A stretch of 64,000 nucleotides of DNA from Podarcis vaucheri. Lineage: Eukaryota. Both the position numbers and the translations under genes were made by a program. Below are positions 12,179 through 25,687 of this stretch, piece by piece. The DNA lies in NCBI GenBank assembly GCA_965113315.1, contig OZ220366.1, one strand, 5' to 3'. Positions within the stretch are counted from its first letter, which is position 1; each line of letters opens with the position of its first letter. The notes below the pieces were generated by a model that saw only the letters and a list, made by a program, of their open reading frames with translations, was not told the DNA's origin and searched no databases.

Positions 12179-12490
12179 TATTCCATAGAGGCTAGCCTAG
12201 TAGAAGTAAGGATTTCTACTATGGTTGCTTGCCATCCCACTCACTTATTTTGTTCAGAAAACTAGTTAAACCTATATTGTTTTTTAGGGTTTTGATGGAT
12301 AAATATTTCTCCTTATTGTCTAATTGTATTTACTTTTATTATAACTTGTGTTTAACAAGTTATAATAATTATGATAAAAAACTGTGGGTTGAAAACTATG
12401 TTAACTGAATTGTGTAATAGATTGTTTTTTATACTTCAAGCCTTTTTGTTTCATCTCCCCCCCCCTTGTAAAACATTTGAGGGCCATGTA

Positions 12491-12845
12491 CAGTGGTGCC
12501 TCGCAAGACAAAATTAATTCGTTCCGCGAGTTTTGTCGTCTTGCGATTTTTTTCGTCTTGCGAAGCACAGGGTCGGGAAAGTTTTGGAAAAGCTTCAAAA
12601 ATCACCAAAGTCTTTAAAAACCTCAAAAAAGGCTACCACACCGCGTTCTATGAATTGCTCCTCGAAGTCAAGTCACAACTGTATTAACGGTGTTAAGAAA
12701 AGGGAAACAAACTTGCAAGACATTTCCATCTTGCGAAGCAAGCCCATAGGGAAAATCGTCTTGCGAAGCAGCTCAAAAAACTAAAAACCCATTCGTCTAG
12801 CGAGTTTTTTGTCTTGCGAAGCATTCGTCTTGCGAGGTACCACTG
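12491..12845. mobile_element. Tigger-derived MITE, family A (deletion derivative of the 5036-8078 element)
   Basis: TA-CAGTGGTGCCTCGCAAGAC...GTCTTGCGAGGTACCACTG-TA; internal sequence matches parts of 7318-7360 and 7835-8078. Confidence 0.93.
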
Positions 12846-13969
12846 TATATATAAAAGCAGTCTCAAAATGTAATAAATAAAATAGCTCTAGGTGACCAAG
12901 GGGGATTGTGAGCTTCAAAATATTTTTATTTAAATACTGAAAGTAAATGTTGAGGTCCTATGTATAAGTATGCTTTACTGAAAGTGAAAAAGCTATTGGA
13001 AAACAAGTAATAAAAACTATGCTAGCTCTTGTGGAAGGTGTAGGTGGGACTGAGGTGATACTTGTTTCCATTAGGGTACTTCCAGGAGTGAAGTTTTCCT
13101 TTCTGAGATGCATGTGGCTAACAAAGAAATCAAAGTATATGAGTATTTAAAAATTGCCCTTCATTCAATGTGCGTGACAATATTTTGATTATAGCTGGAG
13201 ATGACAAACTGTGGAATGATAGATGTCTGGAATGTTGAGATTGGAAATTTCTGAGCAGCTGTGTGACTTTTTAAAGTTATTTCTATTTTAAAACTCAGAC
13301 AGCATAATAATAGTTCGTTATTTTGAAATTGTTGACCAAAGTATTATTGCCAACATGAGAAAGAGAAGCTATAGCAGCCATTATTTCTGACAGTCTATTA
13401 AAATGTGCTGGGCATTCTACAGTACCAAGACATGTTTTACTTGCTAAAATGCCTTTCATTGAAGTGCCCGTTCCATGAAAACCAACCAAGCTACTTCACT
13501 TGCCCACATTCAGATGTAATACCAAACCATGCTTTGTTAGCTCAATAGTCTCCAACCGTTTCAGATCCAGGGCCCAATTTTTATCCAAACAACCAGTTGG
13601 GTACCAATTTCTTAATTTTTCACTATATATTTGCAGTGGTGGTAGTGCTGCTTGGTCTTGAAACAGGCTGGGACCTGAAAAAGAGTTCTGATCCAAAAGT
13701 TGAAGACCTAATGGTTTAGCTCAACACTGGATTGTTTAGACATCTGAACCCAACCAGGCTAACTAACTACTGATTCCAGGTCTGCTAGTGTTTCTGTAGG
13801 CACATATGCATGCACATGTGCTCACAGAAAAGCTAGTATGTAGTGGGAGGGAGCCAGTCGGGTTGGGCTTTAGGGCCCTACCAAGTGATTGAAGGCAGGC
13901 ACAATGTCTTAGGGGTAAGGTGGTAAACAGGGTTGTAGTGCAACAACTGCAAATACTCTTGGGTGAAAC

Positions 13970-15049
13970 AGATTATTTTGACCCATTCCAGTTTGAATTC
14001 AGGCCTACATATGGAACTGAATTTTCCTTGGTCACTCTGACCTTTATTGGGAGAAGGAGTGTGACTATTATTCTTACTTTATCTCTTGATGGCTTTTGAT
14101 ACCCTTGACCATGACATCCTCCTGAGCTGACTTAGTTTTCCAACCACCCTAAGATGATAATCTCACTATTTCCAGGAACTGTTTTGGTAATGCAATTGAG
14201 TGATTGTATTTTGGTCCCCTGGCTGTTGTGCTGAGGAGTGCCGCAGGATAGCATTTTGTTTCCAGTGCTATTTAACATCTGTATGACAGCCATGGGAGTG
14301 GTCTTTAGCAGTTTTGGGTCATAGTGTCATTAGCATATTTCTTTGTAATATCTGAATTAGTAGAGTCCATGCACATGCTGGCCAACCAGTGCCTGGATTT
14401 GGTAGTGGACTGGATGAGGGCCTACAACCAGAGTCTGAATCTGGGCAAGATGGCAGCCCTTGTGAATGGGTGGTTCACAAGTCTGGATATTTGGTCAATT
14501 GCCTGTTTTGAATGGGGTTGTACTCCTCCTGAAAGAGCAGGTTCATAATCTGGGGGTGCTCTTGAATCCATCTCTTGTTAGAGGCCCAGGTGACATCTGT
14601 GGCTATGAGTGAATTTTACCAATTTTGGCTGGTAAGAGAGTTATCTATGGCTGTTTCAAGACCTGGAGAGCCTGTCCACTGTATTCTATGCTCTGACTGG
14701 TTTATTGCAATGCACTCTTATGTGGGGCTGCTGTTGAGGTTGGCCCAGAAGCTGCACATAGTGTGAAATGTGATGTCTTGACTACACTGGGTCAGGTTAT
14801 CTTTGACATATTATGCTGCTGTTGAAAGGATTGCACTGGCTGCCAGTTAGCTACCAAGCTAATTTCAAGGTGCTAGTACTTGGGTAAAAGCCCAGTACAG
14901 CTTGGGACAAAGGATAACCAGACGATCATCTCACCCCTTACATACCCAATTGTTCACTGCATTCTGCATGAGAGGATACCATTTTATAGGAATTGGGACT
15001 TAAGTGGCACTTGCCCTTTGGAATTGCCTCATGAAGAGTTGGACACGAC

Positions 15050-15106
<57 letters not shown>

Positions 15107-15260
15107 CATATTAGACAGGTAGCATTTCTGTTGCCTTCTTGGTACCTATGAAATAACTTCCACACTCAGTAAGTCTTTTATGTGGATATCTTTATCCTAG
15201 TCTGTATCTGTATTGGATCTTTTTTAATTGCTTTTATGAATAGAATTGTATTTAATTGTT
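13970..15260 (+). mobile_element. Decayed L2-type LINE fragment
   Basis: RT remnants GCTTTTGATACCCTTGACCATG (AFDTLDH), GGAGTGCCGCAGGATAGC (GVPQ.S) and TTGCACTGGCTGCCAGTT (LHWLPV). Confidence 0.75.
15052..15105. repeat. (CAA)n microsatellite
   Basis: Directly visible. Confidence 0.98.
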
Positions 15261-15263
15261 TTA

Positions 15264-15456
15264 CAGTGGTACCTCAGGTTACATACGCTTCAGGTTACAT
15301 ACGCTTCAGGTTAAAGACTCCGCTAACCCAGAAATAGTGCTTCAGGTTAAGAACTTTGCTTCAGGATGAGAACAGAAATCGGTACAGGTTAAGAACAGTT
15401 TCAGGTTAAGTACGGACCTCTGGAACGAATTAAGTACTTAACCTGAGGTACCACTG
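15264..15456. mobile_element. Tigger-type MITE, family B (internally deleted)
   Basis: TIRs and TA TSD; homologous to 11937-12178. Confidence 0.9.
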
Positions 15457-15689
15457 TATATATGTATTTGTTTGTTTTTACAATTCTATGGTTGTAAGCG
15501 TTTTATAATTGTGTCTTTCATTTTTATAACCTATCCTGGGACCTTATGGTAAAGGACAGTCAAGAAATATAATAAATAGAGAAACATACAGACTAGAAAG
15601 AGGTAATAATGCATCATACATTTGGTCCATACATCTGCTACCTGGCTCATATACCTAGTTACTATTATAGAGCTAGACAGGGGAGACTA

Positions 15690-15914
15690 CAGTGGTACCT
15701 TGTGTTAAGAACTTAATTCATTCTGGAGGTCTGTTCTTAACCTGAAACTGTTCTTAACCTGAGGTACCACTTTGCTAATGGGGCCTCCTGCTGCCGCCAT
15801 GCCACTGCAGTGTGATTTTTGTTCTCATCCTGAAAAAAGGTTCTTAACCCAAGGTACTGTTTCTGGGTTAGCTCAGTCTGTAACCTGAAGCATCTGTAAC
15901 CCAAGGTACTACTG
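15690..15914. mobile_element. Tigger-type MITE, family B (inverted relative to 15264)
   Basis: TIRs and TA TSD; reverse-complement homology to family B. Confidence 0.9.
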
Positions 15915-17843
15915 TAGAGGCAGAGGGTCATCCAATGGGGCAGAGAAAAGAACCTGGAAGGGAATCCAGCAGGTTCTTCTTACCCTTTTTTTTGCAACTT
16001 ATGAGTGAAATTTAGTACAGAACTGAAAAGTAACAGGGTCCTTATTGCAAGAATGACCTCAGTGAAAAATACATTTGTTTTCTGGGCAAGGGGTTTTGGA
16101 GAAAAGGCTTCACAAAGGGAGCTATCAAGACTTTGTGAGGAGTATTTAGTAGTGGGAGAAACCCTTAGGATGGCATGTTGCTTAGGGGCATGCTAGTAAT
16201 GGTTGATAATCTCTTGGAAGGAGAGTGTTGTGTTTCTCACCCCATTTCTGTGGCTAGTTAATGTGATAGAACTGATGATACGGCGATAGCTTGACTTTGC
16301 AAAGGTCCTCAGTATAGCAACTAGGTGTTCATAGGAAATGGTAGTAAAACAAGCCAACATTAAGCAAAACAAAACATGGCTTGTTTGAATGAGCCTGGTC
16401 CTGGCTTGTTTAGCAAAGAATGTTAAAACAAATTATGGTTTAGTGTTAACACCCAACGTCGGTCATTTCCCCCCCCTTCTGTTACTTAGTTAAAATGTTA
16501 AACCTAGAAGATGGCAACTAACCATAATTTCCTGTTTCCCTCCAAATCAGGAATCTATGGTTACAACATTTGGAAGAAACTAGGATCTTTAACGTCAAGC
16601 TGTGGTTTAAGATTTGGCTTTTTGTAAAACTGGTAACCACAGCTTCCTAATTCAAGCAAAGTGGGAAGCTATATTTAGTTGGAGATCTCAAGGTTTAGTT
16701 GAGGTGCACCAACTTACTGAAGTAGATATTTGAAGAAGACTCTTTGCTCATAGTCAGATAATTGAGGAGCATCTTCCATTTATATCTGAGGTGTTAAAAC
16801 TTATGTTCTTTGTGTAGCACAAATTACCTTTTTAGAAAAATGCAGACAAACCACAGTTACATATACTTTAGATTTTAATTTTTATTGGCTTTAAGACAGA
16901 TCTTGCATTCCATTTGCTTACTTCTACAAAATCTGTTATGCTTGTCCAAATGTAAAATATTATGGAATCATCCAGCTATCCCTTAATTTCCTTTACATGT
17001 GTAAATCCCAGCTGTGCCCCAAGCACACACAAGCCCCTTTCTGAGGCTGAAGCCAGACGGATTCCTTCACCACTATATCCTGAGGACTAGAATAACATGT
17101 GCATATTCATATAATATGTGGCTTATAAATAATGTTTTGAGTAAGTATACATAGACGGATGGTAATATGAGGGCTTACACAAAATCATAACTAAAAGCAG
17201 TTTAAACGCCACTAAATTAGCAGAAAAGATGCTTGGCACATATTTATAAGTGAATATGCTTAGGTTGTAGAGTAAAAATAAAGAATTGATGAACACAGGT
17301 TTTTAACATAACAGTCTGGCAATTGTATAGGTATTGGGAGGAACTGGGAATGCATGATGCACTGGGTTCTTGTCTGGGAAAAAGCAACATCAGGGCAAGA
17401 AGTTGTCACCAGGGGAAGACAAAATATAGGGAGCCAGTTATAAAAGCCTCTCCTGAATTTGAATTGAGAAAGTGAAAGTGATGAAAAGAGCAGCTGGTAT
17501 GAGATAGAAAAAGAAAGGAAACGTGTGAGTATATCAGGGCCCAGATGATCTAGATTGGACCACTTGAGGCAAAGTTGGGGGTCTCCTGTGCAGGCAAACT
17601 AAGAGATCAGTACATGCAAGAATCAGTATCTTTGTATACTTACTCTATTGGTGGGTGGACTCCTATGGACTTAATAAGTGAATATCTTTAAATAGGGTAG
17701 TAGGATGTCTGCTGAAAGTTTCTAATTCAAGATCTCACTACAAAATCCTACACTAATCGGTCTAACACTGTAAGAAAAGAAGGGTGAAAGATAGGGAATG
17801 ACAGCCAAGCGCCTTCTGCCAACTCAGCACAGGATAGTCATTA

Positions 17844-18232
17844 CCGTATTGGCCTGAATATAAGCTGCACCCGCAAATAAGTCACACTTTTAAAATTAAT
17901 GGGGGGGGGAGAAAAAAAGACAATACTTGAATATAAGTTGCTCCCTTAAAATTCCGCACACGCTCATACCCGTAAATGGCAAATGTAGAAGAAAATCCTA
18001 CGGGTACTAGAGAGGACTTGCAAGTGAAAGTGATGAATGATATTAGAATTAATTGCACAACAGTCTAAAGCTCGCAAATCGGCAATAAAACATTTTTTGT
18101 TCCATTTTACCGTATGTCTATTTCAGCAGAGATAGCGTAAAAGCCAATTTGTGTAAGGTCGCACATTTAAGCCACACTTTAACATGGTTGGAATTTGGAA
18201 AAAAAGTGCAGCTTATATTCAGGCCAATACGG
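17844..18232. mobile_element. Tc2/pogo-type non-autonomous DNA transposon
   Basis: Perfect 27-bp TIRs CCGTATTGGCCTGAATATAAGCTGCAC flanked by TA on both sides. Confidence 0.9.
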
Positions 18233-18280
18233 TATTTAATACTGAAAGCAGTTGGCAATTAGAGATTAAACAGACACGTA

Positions 18281-18521
18281 CAGTGGTACCTTGTGTTAAG
18301 AACTTAATTCGTTCTGGAGGTCCATGCTTAACCTGAAACTGTTCCTAACTGAGGTACCACTTTAGCTAATGGGGCCTCCTGCTGCCACTGCACCACCGCC
18401 ACACAATTTCTGTTCTCATCCTGAAGCAAAGTTCTTAACCCAAGGTACTATTTCTGGGTTAGCGGAGTCTGTAACCTGAAGCGTCTGTAACCTGAAGCAT
18501 CTGTAATCCGAGGTACCACTG
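18281..18521. mobile_element. Tigger-type MITE, family B
   Basis: TIRs, TA TSD. Confidence 0.9.
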
Positions 18522-18859
18522 TATTTTAAAAATTGACAGGCAAATCTATTGATCACTAAGTTATTGGTGTCTCTTCTAAAACTACACTCTGTTTTGAAAA
18601 TAACTTCTGTGTCTTCATTAAAGAGGATATCATTACTATAGATATTTTAAATAAGTGATTTGTAGTTCAGTGCATGTATTATCAATGTTTTGGCTCCAGA
18701 TAAGGACATTTGCTAATGTTTGACAGGCACATTGACTAGTAACTGGGGTTTGAAATCCCCCCCCCCATTTTTTCATCAAGTATATAGGTTACTTCATTCT
18801 CTTAAGATGTCCTGATATTTGTTGTGTAATCTCAGAGTGCTGCATCTTGTTTGCTATGA

Positions 18860-19169
18860 GAACAGCATCCTGTTCTCACAGTGCCCAGCCAAATGCCCAT
18901 GGGAAGACTGCAAACTGGACAGGAGCACAACAGCACTCTGCCCACCTACAGTTCCCGGCAACTGGTATTCAGAGGCATATGGCTCTGACAGTGGAGGCAG
19001 AAAATATTTTTTGTGGCTAGTAGCTGTTGATAGCCTTGCCCTCCATGAATTTGTCAAGTCCTCTTTTAAAGTCATCCAAGTTTTGGCCATCATTGCTTTC
19101 TGTGGAAGCGAGTTCCATAGTTTAACTATGTGTTGTATGAAGAAGTACTTTCTTTTATCTGTTCTGAAT
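18860..19169 (-). mobile_element. Older CR1 LINE 3' fragment
   Basis: Minus-strand FRTDKRKYFFIQHIVKLWNSLPQ plus 3' UTR homologous to 11430-11740. Confidence 0.8.
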
Positions 19170-19488
19170 ACTGTAGCCGAGATAGAGGCAATACTTAATG
19201 AGCGATGAATGAGATCAAATGTATCTATACATACGTAGACTTTATTTTGTTTGTAGATGAGAACTGCAAAAGAGGCTTTATGGAAAAGGTGCATTTTAGG
19301 AGGGACTTGAAGGAAGAGGGAGGTGGTAGTATGTAGTTCTGAGAGGGAATTCAAATCGTTTAAAGTTTAAGCAGGCATCAAGAGAGAACAAGCAAAGCTT
19401 TATAGAAGAGCTAGAGACCTTTGGATGGTTGACAGTCTGGAAGAGTGAAGGTTTTGAGCAGATTTGTATCAAAAACCAAAAGCAGAAA

Positions 19489-19708
19489 CAGATAGGTAGC
19501 CGTGTTGGTCTGCCATAGTCAAAACAACAAAATTCCTTCCAGTAGCACCTTAAAGACCAACTAAGTTAGTTCTTGGTATGAGCTTTCGTGTGCATGCACA
19601 CTTCTTCAGATACACACTGAAGAAGTATGCATGCACACGAAAGCTCATACCAAGAACTAACTTAGTTGGTCTTTAAGGTGCTACTGGAAGGAATTTTTTT
19701 GTTTTGAC
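19489..19708. mobile_element. Penelope-like element remnant (inverted pseudo-LTR pair)
   Basis: ~90-bp inverted arms (19518-19609 / 19617-19708); 11-12-bp TSD (c)aaaagcagaaa; sequence typical of squamate Penelope termini (from recall). Confidence 0.85.
19576..19613 (-). ncRNA. Minimal type I hammerhead ribozyme motif (Penelope type), antisense copy
   Basis: Reverse complement reads GTAT CTGAAGA A GTGTGCATGCACAC GAAA GCTC ATAC. Confidence 0.7.
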
Positions 19709-21149
19709 AAAAGCAGAAAGATAGAATTTAGAGTTCTTAAATGATCAGGACAAGGAGTTTGCATTGGATGTGGAAGACACAGAGCCACTAAAACAATCTG
19801 AGGCTGCATAAGCTTTGAGAAGATGGGCGTGACAATGGAAGCTCAGAAAGGAAAATGTAAATGGTAACAAGAATAGAGCATGAATCGGAGCATAAATAGT
19901 ATTATAAGACAATGCTCTATAGGGAGAAGCAGCAGGATTTGGTGACAGATTGAATATAGAAAGCAAAGCAGTGGGGAAAATTGATGATAAAAGCCAAGGC
20001 TATTTGCCTGCCAATGCTGTGATATCAGTGGATACTGAGCAGAAGGCATGGGATGCATTTGGGAATGCCAGTTTATGTGGGCCTTATTTGGACTTTGTTC
20101 ATTGGACTAGCTTTGGCCCCTATTGTGGCTGAGTCATGCCAGATGCCCGTCACATCAAACTTCTCATAGCTTAATGATACCTAGGAATTTGAAATTTATT
20201 TCCAACTATGTGCTGTTAATTGTTCCTGATTAGTTCCTTGTAGCTTGTCAACTTCCTTTCACATCTTTTTGTCTGTTGCAACTGATGCCATTGGTGCACA
20301 ATTGAGGAGGGTGCTACATCAATATGTTATGAAGTTGTTGCATGGTGCCACAATATTGTACGGAGTATGTGACGTGTGAAAATACTGAAGTCTGTGTGTA
20401 CTGTGCACTAAATCTCTGGCTCTCTTTAAGTTGATTTTAACTACTTAGGAGTTGTGAGAAGGCATTGCTGTCATAAAAAATTAATAATTACTAAGAAATG
20501 TCTAAATGATTTCCATTGATTTGATCTACAGTCTTTTTTCTGGATCAGGCTTATTTTGTAGTATAACATCTGCTTAGCCACTTTGGTCAAGACAATGGCA
20601 ATATGAGTAAATAAATTACTTATTCATAAAATTTTAAACTTGACTTACAGGTACACTGCCCTCACAAGGCAGTTTGTGAGAGTTTAAATCCCATCATAAA
20701 ATGAAATATTCCATCAACTTAATAATTTGTAAGTAACAGCAATACCAATTTAAAAGCACATTACATTATAATTAACAAAACACAGACTGGAACAAAATAT
20801 CATTTGAAGTTCTCTTGAAGACCAACAATGACATACATATTTCCCTAGGAAGGAAGTTCCTATGGAGCAGGATCACCCCTGAAAAGGTCTTATGTCCCCA
20901 TTGTTTACCAACCCAGTAACACAGATGAATAAAGAATGTAAAAAATATCCCTCAAGTGTTCTCCTAAAACTTAATGTTGTAGTGTATTGTAGCTTTACCT
21001 GGGTAGAAGGTGTGATTAAATGTGGGGTGGCAAAGGAAGGGGTTTACCAAAATATATCACAGCTGTACCTGGTTCTGAGTGATGCATTCCAGATTTTAGA
21101 GACAGTACTAGGCCTCAGTTTTATTTATATATAAATACTTTAAGGCTAC

Positions 21150-22280
21150 TTTTTAGGTAATTCTCATCCAAAGTGGCTTATAAACATAAAACAATAAGAG
21201 AAGAGGCAAACAATAATACATTAGCTTAAAAACAGTGACTCAGTAAAGCTCCTCATGAAAATATTAAGAGCCATAGAAAAACAACTCAACCAAGCCAAAC
21301 CACAGCCTGTAAGACATCACACATGGGAGACCAATAGAAAAAGAAAGGTCTTCAGTGCTTTCCAGAAACTCAGCAATGTCAAAATTGGCATCAGTCTGAT
21401 GGAAAGGAATTCCAAATTTGTAGGGCCACTATAGAGAAGGACCTCTTCCTTGTGGTCACCTACTTTGCCAACATAGGGTTAAACACCCCAAGAGAGGCCC
21501 TGAAGCAGATCTTAAACTGTGGGCAGGAAGGTGCAGACTGTCCAATATAATGTTTTGGCCTGGAAATGCTGTGCAGCCGATATATAAAAAATGTTACAGA
21601 TGCTGATTGTCCAGCCACATACTGGACTAGCTGAAATTTCTTTAAAGGCAACCCCATGTAGAGCTCATTGCAATAGTCTGTTCTTGACATGACCAGAGCA
21701 TAGATCACTGAGTCAAGATCAACCCTCTCCAGATGGGGTCTCAATTGGCATAATAGCCCAAACTGGTAAAATGAAATAAAATAATATAAAATAATATAAA
21801 ATATAAAATAATAAAATAAAATACCTTGCTACTGATGTCTTCACTGGATCCAGGGGCATTCCTAACTGCATATTTAAGACTTTTGGGGGAAGTACCAGCC
21901 CAGCTTGTAAACTGCCTTCTGGAGCTGAGGCTATGCACAGCACCTCTGTATTGCTCCGATTCTGCTTCAACTAGTTTGTTCACATCCACTCTAAAACTGA
22001 CTTCAGGCACTAGTTCAGGATTTCAACAGCCTCCCTGGAACCTGAAAAGGAAGAGGAAGGTAAAGCTGAGTGGTTTCATGTAGATGTTGAGAAGCATGAA
22101 GGACAAATTAGAGACCTGAGGGCCTCTGCAAGCCATAGGCTCTGAGGCAGAGCAAAATGCCCATAGTGTCACCTTCCAAGTTTTATCATCCTGGAAGGAT
22201 GGAACTGTTGTATAACAATGTCTCCTAAGCCTGATTCCAACAGGTGACCCAGAAGATTACCATGGTTGATCAGAAGCCAT
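21150..22280 (-). mobile_element. Decayed L2-type LINE fragment
   Basis: Minus-strand ALVMSRTDYCNELYMGLPLK and AF...DHG remnants; boundaries approximate. Confidence 0.7.
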
Positions 22281-24727
22281 AAATGCCTTCTGTAGTTGTT
22301 AAGTGAATTCAAGGTAGCATAGATTCATGAGACCTATTCCCATTGCCCATCACTGCTCATGCACTGGAGCGTTCAAGGCCTCTGAAGTTTCAGTTTGTAT
22401 ATAGTCAGTGCACACTGCTGCCTAGAAGCCTCTTCAAGGCCTAGTGAAGCCCAGCTAATCAAAGAGCCTAGGGACATTGGTATGCCATTCAGTTCCAGTG
22501 GAATTTATATTGCGTCAGGAAATTCCATGGAAGCTGTCCTGAATTTGAAAATAATGGATTTGTCAGCATGATTGCTACATGGGGTTTCATCCAGTCACAG
22601 GCATATTTCATATTCTATTACCTGGAGTGATTTTTAAAAATCACGTATACATGATGACTATTAATCATAAGTGAAATCCAGGAGAGGTGCGATTAAGCGC
22701 TCATATTTCAGACAATTAATGGATATCCATAACTTAACAATCTTTAGCCACATTATGATACTTATAGTCAATATTTTTAAGGACTGGTAATGTCTAACAT
22801 GCTCATGAAGGAACTGAGAACGTGAATCACTGTTTGTTTCATATTTATTAACGATGGAGTACATGAATGAGATTTTTTATTTGTGGTGGTGAAAAACATG
22901 GTAGCTCTAAAAAAGAGCTTTTGAGATTAAAAAGCACACACCTTAAAACCTTCTGTATGTCAGATCTCTTCTAACTTGGAGCATAAAGGCTTTGTTGAGG
23001 AATAGAGTATCCCCCCTCCCCACAAAAATATTCATGTCCAGTAAATTGGGACAGGTCCAGTTTCTTCCAGCACAGTTTGGATTAAAGTAGGGACACATAA
23101 TTATGTTGAAGATAATTACCACCTATTTTATAGTCTTGGATGAAGCTGATTATCTGGATCTGTTTCAATATGTTTTAGGCCTGGCTCCTTTGGAACTGCA
23201 ACCCTACAATTTCTCTTGAATCTTTCACTCTTGGGCATCGTCAATATGCAATATGCACTCAACACTATGGGTTGCATTCAGAGTAGCATTAAGCAGATTG
23301 TTGTGTCAGCATAAAGATATCACCCTCACAACTGAGCAATCTCCCCCTCTCTTTTCCTATGCCCCCATATGTTCTGGGTTTCCCTTCAACCCTCAGGAGG
23401 AGATTGGGGATGGTACAGGTTGCTTGTCGGAGGAGGAGAAAGGGAAAGCCCATTGTGCTAGTGCTATTCCTTGTGCTAATGCAGTTACTTAGTTGAATAC
23501 TTCCCCATTTCTCTTTTGCATTGGATTCAGGAGTGGTGTTGAAAGTAGATTACTAGTCTTACTGAAGTATAGATTTTACAGTAAGTGAATTTCTACTCTT
23601 TGTGGACTAACAAGTTACTATGAAGCCTAGATATATTCATTTAAAATTCCCAAAGCCAGGCACACAAGTGAGAAGAAAGCTTACAGGACCATTTCTTTGA
23701 TCTTAGTACAATCTTGTACAAGGAGTTTTGTGTTGTTTTGTAACCTGTATTCACTGTTGGCATCCTTCGGGGGTCGAGATGCCAGCTGGCTACCCCCAGC
23801 TGGATCATGCCCTTCCAGCCGTGACGATCCCCCGATCTCTGGTGCGACGTAAATCAGCAACTTTAAAGCCTGAGCATACTATATTAGCAGAGCATACTGC
23901 GCAAACAGAAGTGGCGTGAGGCTTGTGGAAGCGTACTAATAACTACAGATTTATTAAGCATAAATCAGGACAAACAAAACATGTCGTCTCTCTTTCGTGT
24001 CCTCAGTTCGAGAGTGAAAAGCAAAAGCTATACACACAATGGAAGGTGCCAGCAAGCTGTGCTGGCATGTAAACAGACATGTGACGTTCAACAGTTCCAT
24101 GTCTGCAACTAAAGGTGGAATGGAATTTCCCAACATTCATATGCCCATCAAGAGAAGCTTCAAAGATTTTTATGTTTACCACTATCAAGTGATCTTTCTA
24201 ATGCCCACCAGTGAATGATACCAATTTAGGTTTAGTTTATCCAGTTTGGTTTCTATTCTCTAGAATCATATTTTAGAATGAACCCCCCCCCCAATGACAT
24301 CTTTCCTAGCTCCAGAAAATGCATGTGCATGGTGTTTCTGTATTGGTGTTTCACTACATTTAGATTACTAGGTAAAACTTACTTTTACTCTAATGTTTAC
24401 TTTACAAACTAATACTGTATGTTATAAAGCGATAGATCCTGAGAATTAGTTGTTCTTGGGTTCCGAATGAAATATGAGACTGAACTGTACAAACACTCAG
24501 ACCTTGTTAATGTTGCTTCAATGCCTTCATTGGGGGGGAAATGTTGTTGGGGACACATTTGTTCACAGGAGGATTGATGGAGTAGTAAATAACTATGCAA
24601 TTATTTTATTATTCAATTATTTTATAAATAGAAAAAGAATGATTTATTGGAAATTTGGTGAATACTTTCTGTATGTGATATGTTTTAGAATGTATTGCCT
24701 CTCAGTTTTTAGTGTTATTTGAAGGAT

Positions 24728-25025
24728 CAGGGCCTGCCCAAGACATTTCTCTGCCTGAGGCAAAGGCCAAAATGGTACACACATGCACTTATTCCACATA
24801 TAGTAACAAATTCTACTTTAATACTAGCAAAGGGGCATTACACTGCCTCTGAGGGTGATCAGCAGGGTAGCTATAAAGGTGGAGGGCTAGGTGCATGTCA
24901 CATAGCTCTCTTCTCCAAGGTATGGTCATGAAGTTAGGGAGGAAGAGCTGAGGGTCACCACCGCCTCTCATCATATGCTGCCTGAGGCACTCACTTCACT
25001 CTGCCTAATGGTAGGATTGGCCCTG
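24728..25025. mobile_element. hAT-type MITE (older)
   Basis: CAGGGCC...GGCCCTG termini; imperfect 8-bp TSD tgaaggat/cgaatgat. Confidence 0.6.
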
Positions 25026-25343
25026 CGAATGATGTTTTTATTATATTGTAGTGTACTGCCCTGAAATTGATCAAGATGATGAGTAGCTATGACAATTTTA
25101 AAAGAAACAAAAAATAAGGGACATAACAGACATGGCAAGAGACGGCTGTGGACGGCTTAGTGGAAAACAGAAGCCAAAGTTTCTGTCTTCTCACTGCCAT
25201 ACCAGAGGAGGTGAGGGGTATGATAAAAGTATGGTTGAGCATTATGCAAATGTAACCAAGAAAAACTGAAGGGAACAACAGAATGATATTAACAAAATTC
25301 ATTTAAATGGAAACAATTTGAAGGATGACATAGTTTCAAAATA

Positions 25344-25687
25344 CAGTGGTGCCTCGCAAGACGAAAAGAATCCGTTCTGTGATTCTCTTCGTCTAGCGGT
25401 TTTTTCGTCTTGCGAAGCAAGCCCATTGACAGATTAGCGGATTAGCGCTATTAGCACTTTTAGCGGCTTTTAGTGGCTTATCAGCTTATCGGATCAGCTC
25501 ATAAGCGGCTTAGCAGCTTAGAAAAAGGGGGGGAGGGTAAAAAAACCCACAGGAACTCGCAAGACATTTTCGTCTTGCGAAGCAAGCCCATAGGAGATTT
25601 GTTTTGCGAAGCACCTCCAAAACGGAAAACTCTTTCGTCTAGCGAGTTTTCCGTCTTGCGAGGCATTCGTCTTGCGGGGCACCACTG
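25344..25687. mobile_element. Tigger-type MITE, family A (TTAGCGG-repeat subfamily)
   Basis: Same TIRs and TA TSD; internal TTAGCGG/CTTAGC repeats. Confidence 0.93.

Noticed and set aside
14880-15122. ORF ending in a polyglutamine run
   Set aside because: The Q-run is a (CAA)n microsatellite inside a decayed L2 fragment; no splice or homology support.
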